A stretch of DNA of 64,000 bases from Elusimicrobiota bacterium (GTDB lineage: Bacteria; Elusimicrobiota; Elusimicrobia; Elusimicrobiales; UBA9959): NCBI GenBank assembly GCA_029267355.1, contig JAJUJA010000002.1:65386-129385 (forward strand), given 5' to 3'. The notes under the pieces are model-generated. The model was not told where the DNA came from, ran no database searches, and was given only the letters and a program-made list of their open reading frames with translations. Made by a program: the position numbers and the translations under genes. How positions within the stretch are numbered: the stretch's first letter is position 1; each line of letters begins with the position of its first letter. Below are positions 1-7,754 of the stretch, in pieces.

Positions 1-16
1 TAAAGAAGTTGTTCTC

Positions 17-847
17 ATGAGAAAAAATTTGATGGAAGTAGAGAGACTTTCCAAAAGAGTATTAAAAATCCCATTCGCTGCAGTATTTATTTGTGAAAAC
101 CCGGAAGGTAATAAAATATTACGTGAACTAGAGCCGCCGGAACACAATAAATGGGACAAAGACCGCAGGCCGGATGGCTCTCAGATTATAAAGAACATGG
201 ATGATTGGATAAAAGAAAAATTAAAAGAACTAAGAGAAAACCCCGGCGGCCGAGAAATTGAACTGGCCAGTTTAAGTAAATATCTGCCGGGAGGGTTAAA
301 ATCAAAAACTGGGCATATAAACCCGGAAACTGGAGATAAACAAAAAAAAGGCGATATAGATACAGGGGGAAATATTAAAGGATCATATGAAGAAAAACCA
401 AAAGCGCTTAATTTTGACGGCTCGGCCGAAGCTCCGATTATATACATTCCGGCAATAGAAGAAAGCGGAGATGAGCCTGGCGGGACGGGTTCAGGGAATG
501 CCGGGGGAGGAGGCAGCGGAAAGAGAGGTAATAGAGGGAAAAGAAACAAAAAGCATCCTGACTATAAGTTTAGTTTTAGGTGGATACCATTGAAGAGTAA
601 CGAAGCGATGCTAATTATCCATCCTCACCAAAAAATTAATACCCCTGTTGATGCCTATTTGGCAGCTGCCGGAGAAGATGAGGTTTACAAGCTTAACATA
701 TTAAGTGCAAGATATTCTGACGATAAGCCGGCAGCATTTTCTGGAAGTGCTATTAAACAGATACCACTAGAAGAAAACAAACCATGCAGAATCATCATAG
801 AAATTTCAGGATCAGCACATATTGCTGTAGGTGTGAAACTTATATGA
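17..847 (+). CDS. Hypothetical protein, possibly the C-terminal part of a larger protein that starts upstream of the window
   Basis: The reading frame has no stop between nt 2 and the ATG at 17, so the gene may be 5'-truncated by the window edge. Stop TGA 845-847 overlaps the next gene's ATG (ATGA). It contains a Gly/Lys/Arg-rich low-complexity linker (GGTGSGNAGGGGSGKRGNRGKRNKK). I recognise no family. Confidence 0.5.
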   Translation: MRKNLMEVERLSKRVLKIPFAAVFICENPEGNKILRELEPPEHNKWDKDRRPDGSQIIKNMDDWIKEKLKELRENPGGREIELASLSKYLPGGLKSKTGHINPETGDKQKKGDIDTGGNIKGSYEEKPKALNFDGSAEAPIIYIPAIEESGDEPGGTGSGNAGGGGSGKRGNRGKRNKKHPDYKFSFRWIPLKSNEAMLIIHPHQKINTPVDAYLAAAGEDEVYKLNILSARYSDDKPAAFSGSAIKQIPLEENKPCRIIIEISGSAHIAVGVKLI

Positions 848-1644
848 TTCGAAATAATTTGAAATCTTACCCATTACCGGTTCTTGGCAATGCAGATGAC
901 TACAATGAACCCTTCATAGTAGAAGGTGATTTTCATTTAGCTGGAGAAAAAATAAATATCAGATTGAGGCATTCCATATCTAATAAAGGAATTATAAAAC
1001 TTATTCAGGAAAAAAAGGCGGTATTTGGAAGTCAAATTGAATGCAAGGGGACTTTTTTTAGAAAAATATATACTGGGAACGAAATAACACTGAAAAGTTC
1101 GAGCCTGAAAGATCGTGTTGCTGTTACTCCTTATGTAATAGCCGTGGAAACGATTCGGGAGTTTACTCCGACAAATGTAAATAATGACTATATAGGAGTA
1201 AAATTTAATGTAAACCCAGGAGAATACCTGGCAATCGGCAAAACAGCTTATTTTTCCGCGGACAAAGATTTTGATGTTTCCGAAACTAATATTGGTTCCA
1301 TTATGACGATAAAACCTTCTGAAGACAGCGAGTATTATTCTGCCATTTTTGACAGCGATATAATCGAAATTATGGTTCCAAAGTCAGACATTGAATCATT
1401 GGAAGCTCTTGCATTAAACCCAAAAACAGAAGAAATAATACATGCAATGATTGTACTTCCAGTATTAACGGAGGCTATCAGGAAGTTAAAAAAAACCGAT
1501 TATGACGGAAACAAATGGTTCAATGTCCTTTCTGAAATCACAAATAAAAGAAATATTGACATTAATGAGCCATTTAATGCAGCTCAGCAGTTACTTGATA
1601 AGCCTATAAGCCGCGGTTTAAACTCCTGCACGGAAGATGATTAA
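844..1644 (+). CDS. Hypothetical protein (266 aa), translationally coupled to the upstream ORF
   Basis: ATG at 844 is in frame within the 784..1644 track ORF and forms an ATGA overlap with the upstream stop. AGGTG lies about 14 nt upstream. The protein starts MIRNNLKSYPLPVLGNADDY. I recognise no catalytic motif or family. Confidence 0.55.
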   Translation: MIRNNLKSYPLPVLGNADDYNEPFIVEGDFHLAGEKINIRLRHSISNKGIIKLIQEKKAVFGSQIECKGTFFRKIYTGNEITLKSSSLKDRVAVTPYVIAVETIREFTPTNVNNDYIGVKFNVNPGEYLAIGKTAYFSADKDFDVSETNIGSIMTIKPSEDSEYYSAIFDSDIIEIMVPKSDIESLEALALNPKTEEIIHAMIVLPVLTEAIRKLKKTDYDGNKWFNVLSEITNKRNIDINEPFNAAQQLLDKPISRGLNSCTEDD

Positions 1645-1659
1645 ACTCGGGGAAAATAT

Positions 1660-2457
1660 ATGCCTCAATTAAATAGAGTACTTAAAAACACCAAACTAAC
1701 TGAAATCAGAAAAGCTCTCTCAGCTCTACAAAATCTAAATTCTTATATATCTGGAGACTTCGGATTAACTGACTCAGATTTCCTCCCAGCAGAAGTTGCA
1801 TCATCAGATGAACCTCTGACTTTCGAAAATAACGAGGATAAAAATAAAGAAGATTTGTCTAATTCAATAATGCTGCATAAAAGGCTTAACAAACTTGATC
1901 CGGCGAAAGCATCCGATATCCGACTTTGGACCTATCTGGCCTACCATATAAGCCCTGATTACGTACGGAGGCGCTGGCCAATAAAATACGACAACTTAGA
2001 TTCCGAAAAAGAAGAAGTTAAAAAGGAAGAAGCTAAAAAAATTGCAACACATTGGCTATTCGGAAGCGCTACGGACCGGGCTTTAAGAAGAAATGCACTC
2101 GCCAGGTTGTGGTGGGCGGCCCATCTAACATATGAACCCTGGGAAGATCCTGAGCTGAAACAATTCAAAAAAGACGATTCTTATTTTTATACTAGTATTA
2201 TATTCAGAAATCAAGGAGTCTATTCAGACCTAATGGAAAGAGCCTTTTGCAGGGATAAAAAAATCTTGACAGTAATATTGGACCTTTTTCATGAATATCC
2301 TCAGCTTACCGAGAGAAAATACACACGTGCTTTTGTAAAGCTTGTAAACATAAATTCCGGATTCAAATCACTCGGAGCGCTCACTGTACCTCAACTAAAA
2401 GAGCTGCTGAAGGGAATAAAAGAAAAAGTATTTTCTACCCCCATTGACGAATTATAG
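1660..2457 (+). CDS. Hypothetical protein (265 aa) with Trp/Arg-rich motifs
   Basis: There is a 15-nt gap after the previous gene and a GGGGA RBS-like element. Motifs are RLWTYLAY, RRRWP, THWLFG and LARLWWAAHLTYEPWEDPE. I cannot assign a family with confidence. Confidence 0.6.
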   Translation: MPQLNRVLKNTKLTEIRKALSALQNLNSYISGDFGLTDSDFLPAEVASSDEPLTFENNEDKNKEDLSNSIMLHKRLNKLDPAKASDIRLWTYLAYHISPDYVRRRWPIKYDNLDSEKEEVKKEEAKKIATHWLFGSATDRALRRNALARLWWAAHLTYEPWEDPELKQFKKDDSYFYTSIIFRNQGVYSDLMERAFCRDKKILTVILDLFHEYPQLTERKYTRAFVKLVNINSGFKSLGALTVPQLKELLKGIKEKVFSTPIDEL

Positions 2458-2489
2458 TAACGCGCTTTTTAAATTAATATAATTGATAT

Positions 2490-2903
2490 GTGGCAGACAC
2501 AATCACAAAAAAACATAGAAGCTGGAATATGTCTAGGATTAAGAGCCGAAACACAACTCCAGAAAAAAAGATCCGCAGTCTTTTGCATAGTTTGGGCTAT
2601 AGATTCAGACTGCATAGAAAAGATCTTCCAGGGAAACCAGACATTGTTTTACCGAAATTTAAAACAGTTATTTTTATACATGGATGCTTTTGGCACAAAC
2701 ACAAAGGATGCAAAAGAGCAAACACTCCAAAGTCGAATCTGAATTATTGGATTCCGAAGCTTGCTCGGAATGTAAAAAATGACAAAAAACACATTCGCGA
2801 TTTAAGAAAAAAAGGATGGAAAACCATGGTAATATGGGAATGCACATCAAAAAATCCATCAATACTTAAATCAGTTCTCAGGAAGCTGGAAAATGGAAAA
2901 TAA
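2490..2903 (+). CDS. vsr: Very short patch repair endonuclease (Vsr, T:G mismatch nicking)
   Basis: GTG start. MADTITKKHRSWNMSRIKSRNT...PGKPDIVLPKFKTVIFIHGCFWHKH...VIWECT matches E. coli Vsr end to end as I remember it (MAD..SKNM..I..R.T / PG.PDFV / IF.HGCFWH.H / VWEC). It overlaps the downstream methyltransferase gene by 11 nt. Confidence 0.9.
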   Translation: MADTITKKHRSWNMSRIKSRNTTPEKKIRSLLHSLGYRFRLHRKDLPGKPDIVLPKFKTVIFIHGCFWHKHKGCKRANTPKSNLNYWIPKLARNVKNDKKHIRDLRKKGWKTMVIWECTSKNPSILKSVLRKLENGK

Positions 2904-3867
2904 AAATAAATATTTCAAAGTTGGAAGTCTTTATGCAGGAATAGGAGGAATATGCCGCGCTTTTATAAATGCAGGCGCAAAGGTGGTTTGGGCAAATGAG
3001 TGGGACAAATACGCCTGCATGACATATAGAGAAAACTTTTCTCATCGCCTTTACGAAGAGGATGTTGAAGATTTTATAAAAAAGGACCTAAAAGAAGCGG
3101 AAGACATAGACATTTTAACCTCAGGATTTCCATGCCAGGCCTTTTCAATTGCCGGATACAGAAAAGGGTTTAAAGATGAAAGAGGAAATCATTTTTTTAA
3201 AACTATTGAAGTTTTGAATAAAAAAAGGCCAAAGGCTTTTTTATTTGAAAATGTTAAAAATCTTAGAACTCATGATAACGGCAACACTTATAGGGTTATT
3301 GTGGATTGTATTAAACATGCTAAATACCATTTAATAACGCTGTGTTTAAATACAATGAATCACGGAAATATACCTCAAAACAGAGAAAGGATATATCTAG
3401 TCGGATTCAAAAACAAAGCAGCAGCTGATATTTTTCCTAATCTTGAAAAAAATCCAATACCTTTAACTGTTAAGATCAAAGACTTACTTAAGGAAGGCGC
3501 AGTTGACCCCAAATATTACTACAAAAATTTTGATTGCTATAATCAGCTTAAAGAACAGATCAGGTCTTCTAACACTATTTATCAATGGAGAAGAGTGTAT
3601 GTCCGGGAAAACAAAAAAAATGTTTGCCCGACACTTACAGCAAATATGGGGACAGGAGGACACAATGTTCCCCTAATAAAAGATAGAAAAGGAATAAGGA
3701 AATTAACTCCGGAAGAGTGCGCAAATTTTCAAGGACTTTTCAACTGGAAATTTCCCAATATTGCTGATAGTCATAAATACAAACAAATAGGCAACTCTGT
3801 TAGTATTCCGGTAGTAACAAGAATAGCAAAAGCTATGATTCAAACATTAGAGCAATTTAAAAAATGA
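2893..3867 (+). CDS. DNA (cytosine-5)-methyltransferase
   Basis: Canonical C5-MTase motifs are present: LYAGIGG (I), GFPCQAFSIAG (IV, catalytic Cys), ENVKNL (VI), QNRERIY (VIII) and QIGNSVSIP (X). It sits next to vsr. Confidence 0.95.
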   Translation: MENKNKYFKVGSLYAGIGGICRAFINAGAKVVWANEWDKYACMTYRENFSHRLYEEDVEDFIKKDLKEAEDIDILTSGFPCQAFSIAGYRKGFKDERGNHFFKTIEVLNKKRPKAFLFENVKNLRTHDNGNTYRVIVDCIKHAKYHLITLCLNTMNHGNIPQNRERIYLVGFKNKAAADIFPNLEKNPIPLTVKIKDLLKEGAVDPKYYYKNFDCYNQLKEQIRSSNTIYQWRRVYVRENKKNVCPTLTANMGTGGHNVPLIKDRKGIRKLTPEECANFQGLFNWKFPNIADSHKYKQIGNSVSIPVVTRIAKAMIQTLEQFKK

Positions 3868-5009
3868 ATGAAGAACAATTTTCCCCCTTCTACATCAATC
3901 AGCCAAAAGAGAACAGAGATTACTATATAAAACTGCTCCGCGGTGCAGTCCAAACCAGCATATTATACAGTGAAAACGATAAACCGTACCTTCCATATAG
4001 AGCTGCTGAAAAAATATTTTGTAAAGCTTTTAGAGCTCAGGATGTATCAAGAAAAGACATATCTGTCGACGCTATAAAAAACCAAGAAGGGATAGGAATT
4101 AAAACATTCATCACTGGCGGTAAAAATGGGAAATTCGAAAAAATAGCCGAATTTGTAGACAGAGTTAAATACCCTTTATCTGAAAACAACCCTGAAAAAT
4201 TAATAAAAGAAATTTCAGAATACAGAAATTCAAGAATTGAAGAGGTCAGAAAAGAATTTGATTTAAGAAATATTGTTTACCACTCAATAGTTAGAGCCCC
4301 AGGGAAAATGTACATTTGCGAACAGCCGTTGTCTACTATAAAAACCAACAACTTAACTCTTCAAGGTAAAAAAGGCGCAAATATATATTTTAAAGATACA
4401 TCTTCTAAGTATCTATTTAGTCTTTCTAAACATACTCTATATACACATTTCTTTTATGATTCGCCCTTTGAAGAAATTACTATAAATAAAAACATTGAAA
4501 AAGAACTTCTGAGCTGGACGATACAAGAACTCAGTTCAAAATATGAGACCAAAAAAGAACTCTTAAAAAAATATGAATATGTTTTGCTTCCTTTATACAG
4601 CACGAGACTCGGAGATGTACCTGAAAAAAGCGGCCTTAATCAGTGGAATGCAGGAGGAAGGGAAAGGAATCCAAATGAAGTATACATCCCCATACCAAGG
4701 GTTGTCCATGTAAAGAAACCCAATTTTTTCCCTCCAAAAGACCAGAAATTTATTTTACAAACAGATGACGGATATAAATTTAAAGCAAAAGTATGCCAAG
4801 ATGGATCCAAAGCACTTATGACTGATCACAACAAGGACCTGGGCGAATGGATTTTACGCAAGATTTTAAAAATTCAAGAAGGTGAAAAAGTAACTTTAGC
4901 TCATCTTCAGGCAAAAAATGCTGATACAGTTATTATTTATAAAATTTCTGAGGACACTTATCTTATAAGTCTTGATTCTTTTGGCAGCTTTGCCAAAGAA
5001 TATACATGA
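3864..5009 (+). CDS. Putative type II restriction endonuclease, partner of the C5-MTase
   Basis: ATGA overlap with the MTase stop (3864-3867), the classic position in a vsr-M-R operon. The C-terminal ~130 aa (SGLNQWNAGGRERNPNEVYIPIP...FILQTDDGYKFKAKVCQDGSKALM...LGEWILRKIL) resemble, from memory only, the B3/EcoRII-N/BfiI-C type DNA-binding pseudobarrel. I could not pin a catalytic motif in the N-terminal half. Confidence 0.55.
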   Translation: MNEEQFSPFYINQPKENRDYYIKLLRGAVQTSILYSENDKPYLPYRAAEKIFCKAFRAQDVSRKDISVDAIKNQEGIGIKTFITGGKNGKFEKIAEFVDRVKYPLSENNPEKLIKEISEYRNSRIEEVRKEFDLRNIVYHSIVRAPGKMYICEQPLSTIKTNNLTLQGKKGANIYFKDTSSKYLFSLSKHTLYTHFFYDSPFEEITINKNIEKELLSWTIQELSSKYETKKELLKKYEYVLLPLYSTRLGDVPEKSGLNQWNAGGRERNPNEVYIPIPRVVHVKKPNFFPPKDQKFILQTDDGYKFKAKVCQDGSKALMTDHNKDLGEWILRKILKIQEGEKVTLAHLQAKNADTVIIYKISEDTYLISLDSFGSFAKEYT

Positions 5010-5036
5010 TATTAATATCTCTGGGGAGGTGGTATT

Positions 5037-5468
5037 ATGGCTGGATATTCAAGAATATATTGTATGGGCGAAAAAGGAGGCTTGGGAGGGATTGACGGCA
5101 TTAATCCTATACTTTTTCAGATCCTTGTGGGGGATGCCGGCAGACAATGGTATGAGGTCCATTACTTTGATAAGCACATAAAACCTCTAGCTGGAATCAC
5201 ACGCACGATTCCGGTCCGCCCCGATGACAAAAACGCATTATTAGATGCCTGTATATTATTTTATCCTGATTATTTTTCCAAATGTCCTTCTATAAAAAAA
5301 GTTTCTTCTAACCTCTTAGAGTCATCCCATAACGGCCTTTTAGATTTCAATTTAAACAAAGAGAACATTCCTGAGTACTGGGATAAGTTGCGCAAAGAAA
5401 GCGAACCATTTTTTAAAAAATTTTATATATTAGAGGCAAAACTAAATGAATATAAAAAACAACCTTAG
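5037..5468 (+). CDS. Hypothetical small protein (143 aa), putative partner of the HEPN-GGCT protein
   Basis: A GGAGGTG RBS lies 5-11 nt upstream. The 3' end overlaps the next gene by 23 nt. It has a glycine-rich N-terminus (GEKGGLGGIDG). I recognise no family. Confidence 0.5.
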   Translation: MAGYSRIYCMGEKGGLGGIDGINPILFQILVGDAGRQWYEVHYFDKHIKPLAGITRTIPVRPDDKNALLDACILFYPDYFSKCPSIKKVSSNLLESSHNGLLDFNLNKENIPEYWDKLRKESEPFFKKFYILEAKLNEYKKQP

Positions 5469-6378
5469 CAAATGGTGGGAAACCGCCAGAGCAAATTCAA
5501 TTGCTGATGCTATTGGACATATAAATGAAGCTAAATACAAAAAGAATATTATAGAAAAGTTTTCTTCTTTATCTAAGGCAGCCAATAAATTATGGACAGA
5601 ATACAATTATCAAAACAATCTAACAAAAGGCGATACGGCTTCTTTTGAGGCGCTGCTTCGTAACACTCTCTCTTATGCCGATAAGGCCAAGATAGCAGAC
5701 TCATTAGAATTAATGAATCTGGTAAAATTAGAACCCAAAATAATGGACCATTATTGCTTAAATAAAAATCATTATAACCCGGAAAATATATCCAAAGAGC
5801 ATCAAAAAGCCGCTTCTGAAAAGCACCGGGAACTTATCAAGAAATTTAACATTTGCTTAACTGAAAAAACGGACGAGAAATTGAATCAAATTATTAAAAA
5901 ATTGGCAGACCTTCTTTTTGTGGTCCGGTCGAATATCGCGCATGGAGAAAAAACAATAAACGGACCAGATTTTAAAAAAAATTTTCGGGACAAAATGGTA
6001 TGTGAAACCGCAGTTCCGGTTATGAAATTAATTTTTGATTCGTTTTTTAACCAACCAGACAATCGTTTAGCGGTTTATGGAACCTTAAAACCTGAAGGAT
6101 CCAAACATTACAAGATTTCAAGTATAGATGGCACTTGGATTAACGCCTCTTTAACCGGACGGATATATAGTGGAGATGATAGTCTCCCATATTTCATGTG
6201 GGATTTATCAGGTGATAATATCAAAGTAAAAATAGTTGAATCTTCTAAACTCCCTGACATATGGTTATACCTGGACAATTTTGAAGGCAAATCATACAAG
6301 CGAATATGGGTTTTGGCAAATACTCTAGATAATAAATTGATTGTTGCTAACATATACGCATCGAACAAACTCCAATAA
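5446..6378 (+). CDS. HEPN-domain (Rx4H) protein fused to a gamma-glutamylcyclotransferase (AIG2/GGACT-like) domain
   Basis: The N-terminal ~200 aa are all-alpha-looking and carry R161-SNIA-H166 (VVRSNIAHGEK, nt 5926-5943), the HEPN Rx4-6H signature. The C-terminal ~100 aa carry YGTLKPEG (nt 6076-) and LDNFEG (Glu at nt 6283-6285), the GGCT-fold N-terminal motif and the catalytic-Glu motif. Confidence 0.7.
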   Translation: MNIKNNLSKWWETARANSIADAIGHINEAKYKKNIIEKFSSLSKAANKLWTEYNYQNNLTKGDTASFEALLRNTLSYADKAKIADSLELMNLVKLEPKIMDHYCLNKNHYNPENISKEHQKAASEKHRELIKKFNICLTEKTDEKLNQIIKKLADLLFVVRSNIAHGEKTINGPDFKKNFRDKMVCETAVPVMKLIFDSFFNQPDNRLAVYGTLKPEGSKHYKISSIDGTWINASLTGRIYSGDDSLPYFMWDLSGDNIKVKIVESSKLPDIWLYLDNFEGKSYKRIWVLANTLDNKLIVANIYASNKLQ

Positions 6379-6591
6379 AAATATCGGAAGGATGGGCACA
6401 AATAAAGACGTGTTTTGGTAAGTGAAAAGCTAATTATGTGCTACGCTTTTTCGGCTTATCCTGACTCATTTTGTCACAATTCACAACATATCTCATCCTA
6501 ACATTTGCTGTAAAGGGCATTAGAAGAAGACATAGACGAATCAGGTAATATAAGCGGCCTGTTCTGAGAACGGATTAATTAAGAAGCAGGT

Positions 6592-7269
6592 TTATTCAAT
6601 TGAAAATTTATTGAAAAAAAGCGCAATGCCCAGTATTATAAGGGCTATGCCGGCAATTTTCTCCACATAAAAGAATATGCTCTTTTTGGAAGAAATGAAT
6701 TTGAAAAAAGAGGCGCTGAAAAGCCCCGCTATCAAGAAAGGCACACCCAGCCCCAGCGAGTAAACAAAAAGCATCAAAAATCCCTTATAAACCGCAGCCG
6801 ATGAAGCCAGCATCAAAACGCCGGCGAGAACCGGTCCTATGCATGGAGACCAGCCGAAAGCAAAAGCTGCACCCATAAGAAAAGAGGAAAAAAAGCTTTT
6901 ATCCGCAGTTTTCAAAAAGGCGCGCTTTTCATAATTCAGCAGATTTATATTAAGGAAACCTGCTGTGTGGGCGCCGAGTATAACAAGAGCCAGGCCCATA
7001 ATTTTTTGGAATATGTCCTTATGAGAAAGCAGAAAAGAGCCGATATATGAAGCCGCCGCACCCATAAGGGAAAAGACCAGAGAAAAGCCCAGAAAGAAAA
7101 AAAGCGAAGCGTAAAAAACCTTCTTATGTATTCCGCTTTCGCCTTCCTTAACTATCTGCGAAGCTGAAACGCCCGATATCATTGACAAATAGGCCGGGAT
7201 AAGAGGCAGAACGCAAGGGGAAAAAAAAGTCAAAACTCCGGCCCAGAATGTCAGAACAAATTCTTTCAT
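6592..7269 (-). CDS. ccdA: Cytochrome c biogenesis / thiol-disulfide electron transporter CcdA (DsbD family)
   Basis: Polytopic membrane protein with the two conserved Cys motifs FSPCVLPLIPAY and WSPCIGP. Confidence 0.85.
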   Translation of the reverse strand: MKEFVLTFWAGVLTFFSPCVLPLIPAYLSMISGVSASQIVKEGESGIHKKVFYASLFFFLGFSLVFSLMGAAASYIGSFLLSHKDIFQKIMGLALVILGAHTAGFLNINLLNYEKRAFLKTADKSFFSSFLMGAAFAFGWSPCIGPVLAGVLMLASSAAVYKGFLMLFVYSLGLGVPFLIAGLFSASFFKFISSKKSIFFYVEKIAGIALIILGIALFFNKFSIE

Positions 7270-7754
7270 TTGGTCTTTTTATCCTTTGAAACAGGCGCGT
7301 TTTTTTTATCTGAAGCCGGTTTATTTTCGCTTTTATTTTCCGGCTTTTTAATTTCTGCCGGCTGCTCAAGCTCTATCTTTTCTATATCCATATTGCCCCA
7401 GCTTGAGCCCTTCATAAAAAAGAAAACATTCCTGAATTTTCCCGTTGATGGGTCGGCAAATTGAACCTTCACTTTTTTTTCTGTTTCTGAAAGATTGTCA
7501 ACTGACAATACGGCGAGATATTTGAGCGAGAGCACTTTGCCGCTTTTTTTGTCTTCAATAAAGAAAGCGCCTTTCAGAGATTCATCCTTCTTTATATAAT
7601 CCTCAACTATGCTCTTTATATCATCGTCTGAATCCTGAACCATCACCCCGCTTTCTTCGCCGGCTGAATTTTCCGAAACAACCGGCTCCTCATAGTTTTC
7701 ATCAGCGGCCAGCAATGGCGCAGCCAATAGCAAAAGAATAAGAGTTTTTTTCAT
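7266..7754 (-). CDS. Secreted hypothetical protein
   Basis: Signal peptide MKKTLILLLLAAPLLAADE. There are 4-nt overlaps with both neighbouring genes. No family recognised. Confidence 0.5.
   Translation of the reverse strand: MKKTLILLLLAAPLLAADENYEEPVVSENSAGEESGVMVQDSDDDIKSIVEDYIKKDESLKGAFFIEDKKSGKVLSLKYLAVLSVDNLSETEKKVKVQFADPSTGKFRNVFFFMKGSSWGNMDIEKIELEQPAEIKKPENKSENKPASDKKNAPVSKDKKTK

Noticed and set aside
181-549. 122-aa antisense ORF within the first island gene.
   Set aside because: It is a P/F/S-rich translation of the complement of the Gly/Lys-rich coding region. It has no independent support.
2488-2742. 84-aa ORF starting at an ATG 2 nt before the vsr GTG.
   Set aside because: It is an alternative frame of vsr. 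The GTG-started frame matches Vsr from its first residues (MAD...) to its end, and the other frame has no recognisable content.
6379-6591. Looked for a tRNA, att-like direct repeat, integrase remnant or terminator at the right boundary of the AT-rich island.
   Set aside because: I could not find any tRNA-like cloverleaf, convincing hairpin with a T-run, or repeat in this 213-nt spacer. The island therefore cannot be called a mobile element from this window alone.
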